The position numbers and the translations under genes are program-made. The notes under the pieces are model-generated. The model saw only the letters and a program-made list of their open reading frames with translations, was not told where the DNA came from and did no database searches. Below are positions 40,708 through 50,133 of a stretch of 64,000 nt of DNA, piece after piece. The DNA is taken from contig JBKBWQ010000001.1 in the NCBI GenBank assembly GCA_046314355.1, forward strand, positions 1,216,001-1,280,000, in the 5' to 3' direction. Numbering within the stretch: the stretch's first letter is position 1; each line of letters begins with the position of its first letter. The stretch comes from Candidatus Altimarinota bacterium. Its GTDB lineage: Bacteria; Patescibacteriota; Gracilibacteria; 1-14-2-50-48-13.

Positions 40708-42906
40708 ATGGACAAAATGCCTTCGTCTCCCCAGGACGATCAGAAACAGAAGATGATAAAGAATGCATCTATAGTAGGAGGGTTTATTGCGGTTACTCTT
40801 GCAGGATCCATATTATTCAGCGGAATGAGTGGATCAGTCTTTCAAGCAAGTCTTTTAGGCAGCACTACTCCAAAGCCATTTGATGGGACAGTCCTTCCTA
40901 TTCAGAAAACGGCAAATTGGGTAAAACTTACTAGTAGTCAGTACACAAATTTTAAGAATGGTTCATTTACCTATGAACAGGCTGGGGCAGTAAATCAGCT
41001 TATTGATATACCTAAATATGATTCGGCAGCTCTCGCTAATGATCCTGCTAAACTTAGCTGGAAAGGATCAGATCTCGATATCCGGAATACTCTTTTGACA
41101 TATGTGACTGCATATATGGGAGCATATACGAGTGGATCAGCACCTGCTATCGAAAATGCAGGAAGCCATTTGGCTGTTGATATCCGTGCTCCAAAAGGAA
41201 CTCCGATCTTCTCAATTGCTAACGGAAAAGTCACTAAAGTAAAAAATGATAAAACAGACGGAGGTGTAATAGTTATCGAATATTCAAATGTTCCATCTGT
41301 AGAGGATCCAAAGGTAACTACTACCTACTATGCAAGTTATCTCCATATGGATACGGTAGCAGTATCAGAGGGGCAGGTAGTAGATAAGGGAGCTCAGATT
41401 GGTACTGTAGGAAATACAGGTATTGCCACTACATATCATCTACATCTTCAGCTCGATAGAAAGGAAGCGCCATTCCATCCATACTGGCCATATACACTTA
41501 CAGAAGCTAAGGCAGCAGGTCTTGATTTCGTTACTGGTGTAGATAATGGGCTTGGTAAGGATAAGGGTATCCAATATACGGTTAATCCATATAAATGGAT
41601 CTACTCAAATCTTAATGGAACTTCTTCCACAAGTACTGGAACAACATCTACATCCTCTGGTGTAAGAAATGCTTCTACAAATACAGCGCCTGCCTCTACA
41701 GCAGGTGCTGCTCCTACTCTCAGCAAACTCCAGGTAAGTTCGACAGATACAAGTATTACTGCAGGGAATATTGCAACTATCACTGTGACGGCTCTTGATA
41801 CGACAGAGAAGCCTATAGATACTTTTACAACACCAGTAAGTATTTCTGCTTCTCAGGGAGCGAAAGGAGTACTCTCTACCCTCTCAGCATTTCAGAAAGG
41901 AACTGCAACTTTCACGTATAAGACTTCTGATACTGAGAATGTAGCATTTACTGTTGTAAGCGGATCTGTAAGCTCCTCTATCTCACTTTCTGTGACTGAT
42001 AGAATCAAGAATCCTGTGAAGTTTGCACTTGATTATAGTTCAGCAGGAACAGTGAATACTCCGATGGATATTCAGATTAAGGCTGTAGATGAAAATAATC
42101 AGCCGACTCTTGCGGGTCTCACAGATGCTATCATAGTGGGGATGGAAGGCGGAACAGGAAATTTTTCAAAGACTATCTTAGGCTTTGCTGACTTTAAAGA
42201 TGGTGTAGCAGTGGTAACGTTTACACCAAGTTCTGCGGGAACGTATACAATCACTGCTAAGGCAGGAAATCTTGCGGGAAGCGGACCTGTGATGACTGTA
42301 CCAAGTGATGCGGTTGCTCCTACTGGAGCGTTTAGCGACGTAACGGAGGCTACTGTTCATGGTAAGGCAATCCTTTATCTTAAGCAGAAAGGAATCATCG
42401 AGGGATATTCTGATGGTACTTTTAGACCTGAAGCTGATATCAATCGTGCGGAGGGTACAAAGGTAATTCTTGCAAGTCTTGGAAGCTCACCGCTTTCACC
42501 TCTTGAGCAGACATCATTTACTGATACTGCTGCATCAGACTGGTTCAGCGGCTGGGTAGAGCTAGGTAAGTCTCTTGGAGTACTTGCTGGAAACCCTGAT
42601 GGTACCTTTACTCCTGCGAGACAGGTAAATCTTGCAGAAGCACTTAAGATAGTACTTCTTGCAAATAAGGTGGATCTCACAAATGAAACGGTATTCGAGA
42701 AACCGTACAATGATGTAGAGATTGATTCATGGTTTGCAGTGTACTTCCAGTATGCAAAGAACAAGAATCTTCTTGAGGCGGACGCGGAGGGAAATATCCG
42801 TGCAGGCCATACCCTCACACGAGGTGAAGTGGCAGAGCTCATGTACCGGTTAGTTCGAATCCAGGAAACTAATTCGGAGACTTATTCAAACGCGATAGAC
42901 GCGTAA
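40708..42906 (+). CDS. M23 peptidase + Ig-like domains + SLH domains
   Basis: HLAVD (HxxxD), YLHM, HLH Zn motifs; Ig-like repeats; SLH GIIEGYSDGTF..NRAEG, TRGEV. Confidence 0.9.
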   Translation: MDKMPSSPQDDQKQKMIKNASIVGGFIAVTLAGSILFSGMSGSVFQASLLGSTTPKPFDGTVLPIQKTANWVKLTSSQYTNFKNGSFTYEQAGAVNQLIDIPKYDSAALANDPAKLSWKGSDLDIRNTLLTYVTAYMGAYTSGSAPAIENAGSHLAVDIRAPKGTPIFSIANGKVTKVKNDKTDGGVIVIEYSNVPSVEDPKVTTTYYASYLHMDTVAVSEGQVVDKGAQIGTVGNTGIATTYHLHLQLDRKEAPFHPYWPYTLTEAKAAGLDFVTGVDNGLGKDKGIQYTVNPYKWIYSNLNGTSSTSTGTTSTSSGVRNASTNTAPASTAGAAPTLSKLQVSSTDTSITAGNIATITVTALDTTEKPIDTFTTPVSISASQGAKGVLSTLSAFQKGTATFTYKTSDTENVAFTVVSGSVSSSISLSVTDRIKNPVKFALDYSSAGTVNTPMDIQIKAVDENNQPTLAGLTDAIIVGMEGGTGNFSKTILGFADFKDGVAVVTFTPSSAGTYTITAKAGNLAGSGPVMTVPSDAVAPTGAFSDVTEATVHGKAILYLKQKGIIEGYSDGTFRPEADINRAEGTKVILASLGSSPLSPLEQTSFTDTAASDWFSGWVELGKSLGVLAGNPDGTFTPARQVNLAEALKIVLLANKVDLTNETVFEKPYNDVEIDSWFAVYFQYAKNKNLLEADAEGNIRAGHTLTRGEVAELMYRLVRIQETNSETYSNAIDA

Positions 42907-42987
42907 TCCTTTCTTTCGGAACCATAGCGGTTTACATATACAAAAATAAAAAGATCCTTTGTGTGGCTACAAGGGATTTTTTTATTG

Positions 42988-43069
42988 TGTCATTCCGGAC
43001 TTGATCCGGAATCTTCAAGGTTTAATAGACTCCAATGCTTTAAGATCCCGGGTTAAGCCCGGGATGACA
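42988..43069. repeat. REP/RPE-like double palindrome
   Basis: TGTCATTCCGGACTTGATCCGGAATC...GATCCCGGGTTAAGCCCGGGATGACA, abutting the sugar-transferase stop codon. Confidence 0.85.
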
Positions 43070-44491
43070 TTAGGAAGCATTCTCTCTTTTTAAAATAGTG
43101 AGCACTGTTTTAAGAATAACAATAATATCCTGTTTCATAGACCAGTTCTCAATATAGGAAAGCTCTACTTTGATCTCCTCTTCAAAACTAAGGGAAGATC
43201 GTCCGCTTACTTGGGCAAGTCCTGTAAGACCAGGCTTAACCGTAAGTACTCGTGAATAATGCTTGAATATTTTTTCTACCTCCGAAGGCATATGAGGTCG
43301 AGGTCCCACAAGGCTCATATCTCCCTTTAAAATATTCCAGAGCTGGGGAAGCTCATCTAGACTAGTCTTTCTAATAATCTTACCAACAGGAGTAACTCTA
43401 GGATCCTCTTTAATCTTTAAAAGTCCGCTGCGTTCACTCATACTCTCAAGAAGCTTCATATGCTCTTTTTCAGCCCCTTGTCTCATAGACTGAAACTTCA
43501 GACAGGTAAATGGTTCTCCATGAAGACCAACTCTCTTTTGTCTGAATAAGATTTGTTTAAAAGATTTCTGCTCAATCCATACTGCGATAGCAGTTCCAAG
43601 GATAAAAGGTGAAAGTAGAATGATGCCGAAGAAACTCCCCATAATATCCATGAAACGTTTCAGTACCCGCCCCCATCCGTCTAGCGGAGTGGGTTTGAGT
43701 TCGATGAGTGGAATTCCAAAATCATTATTTACGTCAATATTCAGCATTTGGACCTCCACTAGATCAGGTACAAAACGATACCGTACATGCATAATTCTGC
43801 AGAGTTCCATGACCGTATTGGCAGTACCTTCTTCTTCATTGCTGTTGGTCTGGATAATTTCATCAATATGATATTTCGTTATAGACTCCTCAAGGTCGTG
43901 TACAGTACCAAGTACTGGTAGTTTTGCTTGTTTTTCTGTAGATGCGGAAAGTACTCCTGCGATCTCGTAATGCCGTCCTTTTTTTAATTTTCTAGCAAGT
44001 TCTGCTGTGAGTTTATTATTTCCTATGAACAGTACTTTATATCTACCCACTCCGCTTCTCAAAAACATCTGTTGTACGATACGTACTAGGATACGTGCAG
44101 CAAAAATAAGAAGAGTAGCAAATATCCATCCATAGATCAGGATCAGACGTGAGAAGAAAAACTGTCTTGTGAGAAAGAATCCAACAATGACCAGCATGAC
44201 CCATGCTGTTGAAAGAAAAAGAACCTGTTTTAACTCTGATCCAAGTTTGTGAGAACTTTTGAGAGAATACATTCCATTGAAAGCGAATACCAAAGGTATT
44301 GTTGCTGCTCCTATAAATACATAATAGACAAGATAGAAATGATGATCGGGAAGCAGTCCAATATCGAGCTGAACACCTGGAATAAGATCTGTCTTTGCAC
44401 GGATAAGATACGCTGTATAAAATCCAATAGCAGCAGCCAGATAATCAAGTGGTACTTTTATAATACCGAAAAGTATTTCAGAACGTTTCAT
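43070..44491 (-). CDS. Polyprenyl-phosphate glycosylphosphotransferase (WcaJ/WbaP family)
   Basis: 4 TM, CoA-binding-like domain, KRFMDI, KFQSM, DPRVT, SLDELPQL, SLVGPRP, KPGLTG. Confidence 0.95.
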   Translation of the reverse strand: MKRSEILFGIIKVPLDYLAAAIGFYTAYLIRAKTDLIPGVQLDIGLLPDHHFYLVYYVFIGAATIPLVFAFNGMYSLKSSHKLGSELKQVLFLSTAWVMLVIVGFFLTRQFFFSRLILIYGWIFATLLIFAARILVRIVQQMFLRSGVGRYKVLFIGNNKLTAELARKLKKGRHYEIAGVLSASTEKQAKLPVLGTVHDLEESITKYHIDEIIQTNSNEEEGTANTVMELCRIMHVRYRFVPDLVEVQMLNIDVNNDFGIPLIELKPTPLDGWGRVLKRFMDIMGSFFGIILLSPFILGTAIAVWIEQKSFKQILFRQKRVGLHGEPFTCLKFQSMRQGAEKEHMKLLESMSERSGLLKIKEDPRVTPVGKIIRKTSLDELPQLWNILKGDMSLVGPRPHMPSEVEKIFKHYSRVLTVKPGLTGLAQVSGRSSLSFEEEIKVELSYIENWSMKQDIIVILKTVLTILKRENAS

Positions 44492-44568
44492 AGGAAAGGT
44501 AAAAAATGCATGCGGATGTATTATAGGGAAAAAATAGAAATGGGGAAGGAAAATGGGGAAGTGAGGGG

Positions 44569-44696
44569 TGATTAGGCTCAATCATTAGGGACTCATAATT
44601 TGGGCTCAATAATTGGGCGCACATAATTAGGCTGCAGTAATTGAGCTCAATTACTTAGTGATTGAGTCCAATTATGTGAGTCCTAATTACTGAGTG
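44569..44696. repeat. 14-bp modular palindromic repeat, copy C
   Basis: AGGCTCAA TCATT AGGGACTCA TAATT TGGGCTCAA TAATT GGGCGCACA TAATT AGGCTGCAG TAATT GAGCTC AATTA... Confidence 0.85.
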
Positions 44697-44700
44697 TAGT

Positions 44701-45203
44701 TGCCTCCCTTCTATAAGCCGAGTTCTGTACATATCTTACGACATGCGATGCGAATCTCTCTTGATCCGGATTTGCACCCGGATTCTAGCGGCTGTCTACC
44801 TTTCCTTCTCCGGAAAAAGAAACGGATTGAAGGAGGATAGCCATACAGCCTTGCAGCACACAGGGTTTGCCGGCACATCCCGATCACTCGGGAGGCAATA
44901 GTGTAGCTGATTGCTCAACACCACTATTCTTTTCACCTTTAGGAGTAAACTCCAAGTATCGTCTCTGTGGCACTTTCCCTAGTCTTCACCAAGACTACAA
45001 TTGCAAGCTTCTGGGCTTGCCAGTCGTAGCCTTGGCGAAGACTGGCGGACGTTATCCGCTGTGTTCTTTTCCATGCTGCCCGGACTTTCCCCAGTGAACC
45101 ACTCACTACGTTCAATCACACTACATCTGATAATATGAGAAAACCAGCTTGCAGTGTACCTGAGCGTAGCGAATGGTTCACTGTACGCATCCGAAGGGAA
45201 GCA
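44701..45203 (-). ncRNA. rnpB: RNase P RNA (class A-like, ~500 nt, enlarged P3 and P9)
   Basis: Minus strand has GGGGAAAGTCCGGGC (CR-I), AGTGCCACAGAGA, and ACAGAACTCGGCTTATA (CR-V). P1 is TGCTTCCCTTC pairing with GAAGGGAGGCA. Confidence 0.95.
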
Positions 45204-45342
45204 GACTTAGGATATAGGAGTCAGGTATGCTGGTCAAGGATTGTTCTTTTTGACAATTAAGAATTATATGTTTAAATGCTTGCGAAAGAAATATTATTCT
45301 TTTATTAGAAATTGTTTCGGCAGTACCGAAAAGGAGGAGTGT

Positions 45343-45915
45343 ATGATAATAAGACTTATGAGACATGGGGATGCGCCTAAAGGTCAGGATGGGGAAAGGC
45401 ATCTTTCCATAGAACATAGAGCATTACTGGAAGCAGGTGAAGTAGATGTTGGTATGAAGGGGGAGAATAAGTTTATCTTGCATTCTCATACTGTAAGGAC
45501 ATTTGAAACAGCTGAGGCACTTGCGAAAGGTTTGGCTTTAAAAGATGGATCTTCATTGAACATAGGACGTACAGCTTTTTTAGGAAGTGATGAAACCTTA
45601 GCAAAGATGGAATCTTTCGAAGGCTTTGAAGAGATCTATAAAAGATACTACAAGCCTGGAGAGAGTTTCGAAAAGTATCTCAAGGCATTAGAGTACTATC
45701 CTGCTTTGAAAGCATATTACGAAGAACTCGTAGATACTGCTGGTGAAATTATTCAGGAAACTGTTGATAGCAGCATCATAGATGCGGGAATTATTTTTGT
45801 ATTTCACAGTACTCTAATTGAAGGAGTGATATGGAAGATAACAGGTTCAATTGTAAAATGCCTACCAGGTATGGGTCATTATTCTATTGATACGAACACA
45901 AAAAAGCTCATATAA
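45343..45915 (+). CDS. Histidine phosphatase superfamily protein (SixA-like)
   Basis: IRLMRHG, HS..VRTFETA, FVFH; SD AAGGAGG; promoter TTGACA at 45250. Confidence 0.75.
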   Translation: MIIRLMRHGDAPKGQDGERHLSIEHRALLEAGEVDVGMKGENKFILHSHTVRTFETAEALAKGLALKDGSSLNIGRTAFLGSDETLAKMESFEGFEEIYKRYYKPGESFEKYLKALEYYPALKAYYEELVDTAGEIIQETVDSSIIDAGIIFVFHSTLIEGVIWKITGSIVKCLPGMGHYSIDTNTKKLI

Positions 45916-45953
45916 AAATAAGCATTAAAAGAGGAATTCATACTTCCTCTTTT

Positions 45954-46487
45954 TTATTTTTCCATTAATTTTTTCTCCACGATTTTATTTGCCCGCTCAA
46001 CTTTCTCAGGTTCTAGATAATCAGTAAAAAGCTTTCCATCCAAGTGATCGATCTCATGCTGTACTTCACGCGCATTTAAACCGCTAAGTCTAATCTTTTG
46101 TTTCTTTCCGCTGAGATCAAGAAATTCTACTTCGACTGCCTTTGATCTCCGTACATTGTCATAAAATCCTGGGATACTCAGACATCCTTCTTCTCCCATT
46201 TCCGTATCAACGGAGAAGGAAGTGATGACAGGATTAATCATCGGGAGGATCTTATCCTCTTCATATTCGATCTTTCCATCCTTTGCTATGAACTCCTTAA
46301 AAATCGTAATGAGAATCACGCGGAGATGTACTCCTACTTGAGGAGCTGCAAGACCAATGCCGCTTTCGTCAAGCATAGCTTCCTCCATCTTTTTTAGGAG
46401 ACGCTTAATATCTTTTGTTATCTGCAGCACAGGTTGAGATTTCTTTCTCAGAATGGCGTTTTCAGTACCAGTTTCTATATAGAGCAT
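45954..46487 (-). CDS. def: Peptide deformylase
   Basis: GIGLAAPQVG, EGCLS, QHEIDHLDG. Confidence 0.98.
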   Translation of the reverse strand: MLYIETGTENAILRKKSQPVLQITKDIKRLLKKMEEAMLDESGIGLAAPQVGVHLRVILITIFKEFIAKDGKIEYEEDKILPMINPVITSFSVDTEMGEEGCLSIPGFYDNVRRSKAVEVEFLDLSGKKQKIRLSGLNAREVQHEIDHLDGKLFTDYLEPEKVERANKIVEKKLMEK

Positions 46488-46664
46488 TAAATTCAAAAAA
46501 TTGTAGGATATGGATCAATAGTATTGGATTATGGCGCGGATTGCAAATATTAAAAGAGCGAAATATAAATATTTAGTTTCTATGAAAAAAGAAATATTGA
46601 TATTAAGAAATATATTTGTAATATAACAATGTGTTATTTTGAAAATTAGGAAGGAAAAACAAAA

Positions 46665-47813
46665 ATGAAGTTAGATATACTTGATAAATATCTTGCGATT
46701 TGGGAACAGTTTATCTCTCATTATGAGTGTTATTTTGAGTTAATGGAGAAATATCAAAAATCTCCTGGAATCTTTAAAAAGATTCCTGATACAAATATTG
46801 ATCAATCTGCATTAAGAGCAATTAAAGCTCTTAATGTGCGAAAATCTCTTTTTTTCGGTTCGAAGCTGATTGACTATGCGAAGAACAGTCTATCAAAGGA
46901 ATATTATACTCATTATCATGAAAAACTTGGCCTACATGGACAGGGGAAACCAGTAACAATTGTGAGACAAATATTGGATGTTGTTCCAGATGTTGCATCA
47001 TGGTTTCTTCATTCGAAGAAGGTTTATAGTCTTTCTGGGAATTTTTTTGCTTTAATGTGTCATACTGATATTAAAGACTTTTTCTTATCAGATATCGTAT
47101 TTCCATTTGATAGCTACCTTATCGCACTACCGCTTTCGGTGCAGATTATGCAGGAACAAATTGAAATAAGTCATGTTTTATTTCAAAAATATCAACTTCT
47201 TGATGAATGGAGAATCCGAGTAGTTTTGCTGGGACCAACACTTATGAAGAAGCATGATCAGATTAAAGTTTTTGAAAAACGTTTTTCAAAAAGCTTTCAA
47301 AGTAATGATCCAACGATGTATCTCACTTATCTTGGGCAATGGATCAACGATCTCAGAATTCCTATGATTGACTTTGGAGTTGAACAGAATATCCATCTGG
47401 GAGGACTATATGATCTGATTGCGAAGGATGATAAAAATAGTGCAGATGTATTTCTGTTGGCATTTAAAGTAGCTCTTTACTTTATGTCCATGGATAATAA
47501 GACAGATGAAACGATTAAAGAGAATAAGGAACCTGCTGTTTTTTCTTTGAAAAACGGATCAATAAAAAATATACTTGTTGATCTCTTTGAAATTGATACG
47601 TCATACTCTATATCGCACTTTTCATCGAGTTCTTCGGAAAGTAAGAAAGGAGCAAGTATGATGGATCCTAGGTTTCGTAGAGGATATTTTCGTAGAAAAC
47701 CAGGTGAAGGCAAAAACCCAAATGCTGCAAAGGTGGTGCAAGTAAGACCAACCATTATAAATAAACATTTGCTCTCGGAAAAATCTCTGAAGATTTCCGA
47801 GCAGAAAATATAA
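46665..47813 (+). CDS. AcrVA2/FinQ-like protein (putative)
   Basis: W...KKVYSL..TD..IVFPFDSYLI core and C-terminal PRFRRGYFR..G..VRPTIIN resemble the AcrVA2-family PHxRRGHW..G..W.P.F.N motif (recalled from memory); SD AGGAAGGA. Confidence 0.55.
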   Translation: MKLDILDKYLAIWEQFISHYECYFELMEKYQKSPGIFKKIPDTNIDQSALRAIKALNVRKSLFFGSKLIDYAKNSLSKEYYTHYHEKLGLHGQGKPVTIVRQILDVVPDVASWFLHSKKVYSLSGNFFALMCHTDIKDFFLSDIVFPFDSYLIALPLSVQIMQEQIEISHVLFQKYQLLDEWRIRVVLLGPTLMKKHDQIKVFEKRFSKSFQSNDPTMYLTYLGQWINDLRIPMIDFGVEQNIHLGGLYDLIAKDDKNSADVFLLAFKVALYFMSMDNKTDETIKENKEPAVFSLKNGSIKNILVDLFEIDTSYSISHFSSSSSESKKGASMMDPRFRRGYFRRKPGEGKNPNAAKVVQVRPTIINKHLLSEKSLKISEQKI

Positions 47814-47951
47814 ACAACGAAAGATCGACTCTAGTCGGTCTTTTTTATTCTACTTAATAAGGTTCTCCATAAAGTATTTCTATACTAACTATTCAAGCAA
47901 AAACTATTCTTTTCTGCTATAATTATACGATTTCATCATTTCAATTATTTC

Positions 47952-48737
47952 ATGAAAGATCTTACTCTTACTGACGCAATTAATATTGTAGAACGCAGAC
48001 ATGTGCAGGAACCTGAACTGCAAGCTGCAAAGGATTTTTTTGACGTACATTTAAAGGAAATTGGAGCAGAGGAGTTTGAAAAAAGAGCGGAATTTCACTA
48101 TTATTTACTGACGATTATGCTCTCTCAGCATCTGCTTTATGAAAATCTTCATGTTCGGAAGCATTATGATGAGATGATATTTAACTTTAGAAAGCAGGAA
48201 CTAATACTTCTTACTGAGTTCAAGAGTTTTAAAAATACTGATAGATCAATTATTGCGATACAGCTTCGGTCCTTGTCTAAAATTTTTGAGCATTATTGTA
48301 ACTCTCTCGAGTTGGCTTATAAAAGGCTGGGATTTAGCGAGGCAGAGGAGCGTGTCTATGTGGTAAAGATGCAGTGCCGCAAGATGCATGCATATTTTAC
48401 GAAAAATACCCGCAACTGGTTATTTTATGCTCTTTTTGAACTGACTAGTAACTTTGGTTTGAGTTTTTATCGTTGGGGATCAACTCTTATGGTAATCATC
48501 TTTTCTTTTGCGGTAAGTTTTTATGTGATCGATCTTTTCTCAGTAGAAAAGATCATTAAGGATGCTACTTCCTTCAACTTTGACTATGTCTATTATAGTG
48601 TTGTGACCTTTTGTACTCTTGGTTTTGGAGATATACTTCCTCATACTACCCTCCAGAGAGTGGTTGCATGTATAGAGGTAGTGACTGGATATACGATGCT
48701 TGGAATGTTTCTGAATCTTATTCAGAAAAGAATGTAA
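47952..48737 (+). CDS. Potassium channel-family protein (2TM/pore) with soluble N-terminal domain
   Basis: YYSVVTFCTLGFGDILP selectivity filter flanked by TM helices. Confidence 0.85.
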   Translation: MKDLTLTDAINIVERRHVQEPELQAAKDFFDVHLKEIGAEEFEKRAEFHYYLLTIMLSQHLLYENLHVRKHYDEMIFNFRKQELILLTEFKSFKNTDRSIIAIQLRSLSKIFEHYCNSLELAYKRLGFSEAEERVYVVKMQCRKMHAYFTKNTRNWLFYALFELTSNFGLSFYRWGSTLMVIIFSFAVSFYVIDLFSVEKIIKDATSFNFDYVYYSVVTFCTLGFGDILPHTTLQRVVACIEVVTGYTMLGMFLNLIQKRM

Positions 48738-49013
48738 AATTCTAAATTATATAAATCTTAGATATTCTCCATTAAAACTCGCGACACCTCCTTTTTCACT
48801 TGCAGGATCATTATCAAATCTTTTACCAAAGAGTTCTCTCTTTGTCCCCATGAAAGCATTTGATGTAGGGAGATCTATTTCTTTGCGGGATTATGAATTT
48901 TTAATATTCATAACAGGAAAAGTATATATTTTATTGTATATATACATGTTAAATTAAAATGTCAACATCTCAGATTTCTACTTCTATTAAAAGTATTACA
49001 AGATCCAACGATA

Positions 49014-50111
49014 TTATGCTTCTAATCCTCTAATCTCTGCCTGGATAAACTCATCCAAATCCCCATTTAGTACATTATCCACTTGAGCTACTTCCACACC
49101 AGTCCTATGATCCTTCACCATCTTATATGGATGAAGCACATATGATCTGATCTGCTTTCCCCAGTCTACAGAAGTGACTTCTCCTTTTATACCCTGCTTC
49201 TCCCGTGCCTGCTCTTCTTGCTGAAGCTGAAAAAGTCTTGCGCGGAGAGCCATCATTGCACGATCTTTATTCTGATGCTGAGATCTCTCTACCTGGCAGG
49301 ATACGGAGATACCTGTGGGAATATGTGTAATACGAATTGCGGAGTCGGTCTTGTTTACTTTCTGCCCTCCAGCTCCCGAAGATCTGAAAGTATCTATTCG
49401 AAGATCCTTTTCGTCGATCTCGATATCATCTTTGGAGATATTTTTGATAAGCGGCATCACATCTACCAGCGCAAAGGAGGTCTGTCTTGAATCAGCAGAT
49501 TTGAAAGGAGAAAGTCTTACCAGACGATGCACTCCTTTTTCTCCTTTAAGCATCCCGTATGGGAACTGCCCATGTACTTCTAATGTTACTTTCTTTATAC
49601 CGTTTGCTCCAGCACCTTCTGAGATATCAAAGATCTCATAGGTATACTCATTTTTATCAAAGTATAGTTTATACATACGGAGCAGCATACCTGCGAAATC
49701 TTCAGCATCATCGCCACCTACACCTGAGATAATGCTGAAGAGTATAGATTCTTTATCATATGGTCCACTGAAATAGAGAAGAAACGAGGATTTTTCATAT
49801 TGAGCAAGGATGCTCTTATACTCTTCTTCGAGCATAGAAATCTCATCTTCACTGCTTTGAGAGAGCATTTCCTTTAGAGATACAATACTGCTTTGGAGAC
49901 CTTTCCAGGTATCTAAAGAGGATTTTGCTACTTTCAGCTTTTGGATAATTTCCTGCGCATATTCTTGTTTACCCCAGAAATCAGGAGCATTCATGGCGTC
50001 TTCATATTCTCGTACTTGATCCTCAAGCACCGACATATCAATCTTTGTACACGCCTGAATGATTTGAGTCTCAAGATCTGTGACTGCCTGTTCTAGCTCG
50101 TAGCGTTCCAC
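49014..50111 (-). CDS. prfB: Peptide chain release factor 2, no programmed frameshift
   Basis: GVHRLVRLSPF (RF2 SPF), GAGGQ, QIRSYVLHPY; single continuous frame. Confidence 0.97.
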   Translation of the reverse strand: MERYELEQAVTDLETQIIQACTKIDMSVLEDQVREYEDAMNAPDFWGKQEYAQEIIQKLKVAKSSLDTWKGLQSSIVSLKEMLSQSSEDEISMLEEEYKSILAQYEKSSFLLYFSGPYDKESILFSIISGVGGDDAEDFAGMLLRMYKLYFDKNEYTYEIFDISEGAGANGIKKVTLEVHGQFPYGMLKGEKGVHRLVRLSPFKSADSRQTSFALVDVMPLIKNISKDDIEIDEKDLRIDTFRSSGAGGQKVNKTDSAIRITHIPTGISVSCQVERSQHQNKDRAMMALRARLFQLQQEEQAREKQGIKGEVTSVDWGKQIRSYVLHPYKMVKDHRTGVEVAQVDNVLNGDLDEFIQAEIRGLEA

Positions 50112-50133
50112 ATGATAGAGTAAAAAAGTAAGG

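Noticed and set aside
44867-45417. ORFs 44867-45097 and 45178-45417
   Set aside because: They overlap the RNase P RNA and its promoter; spurious.
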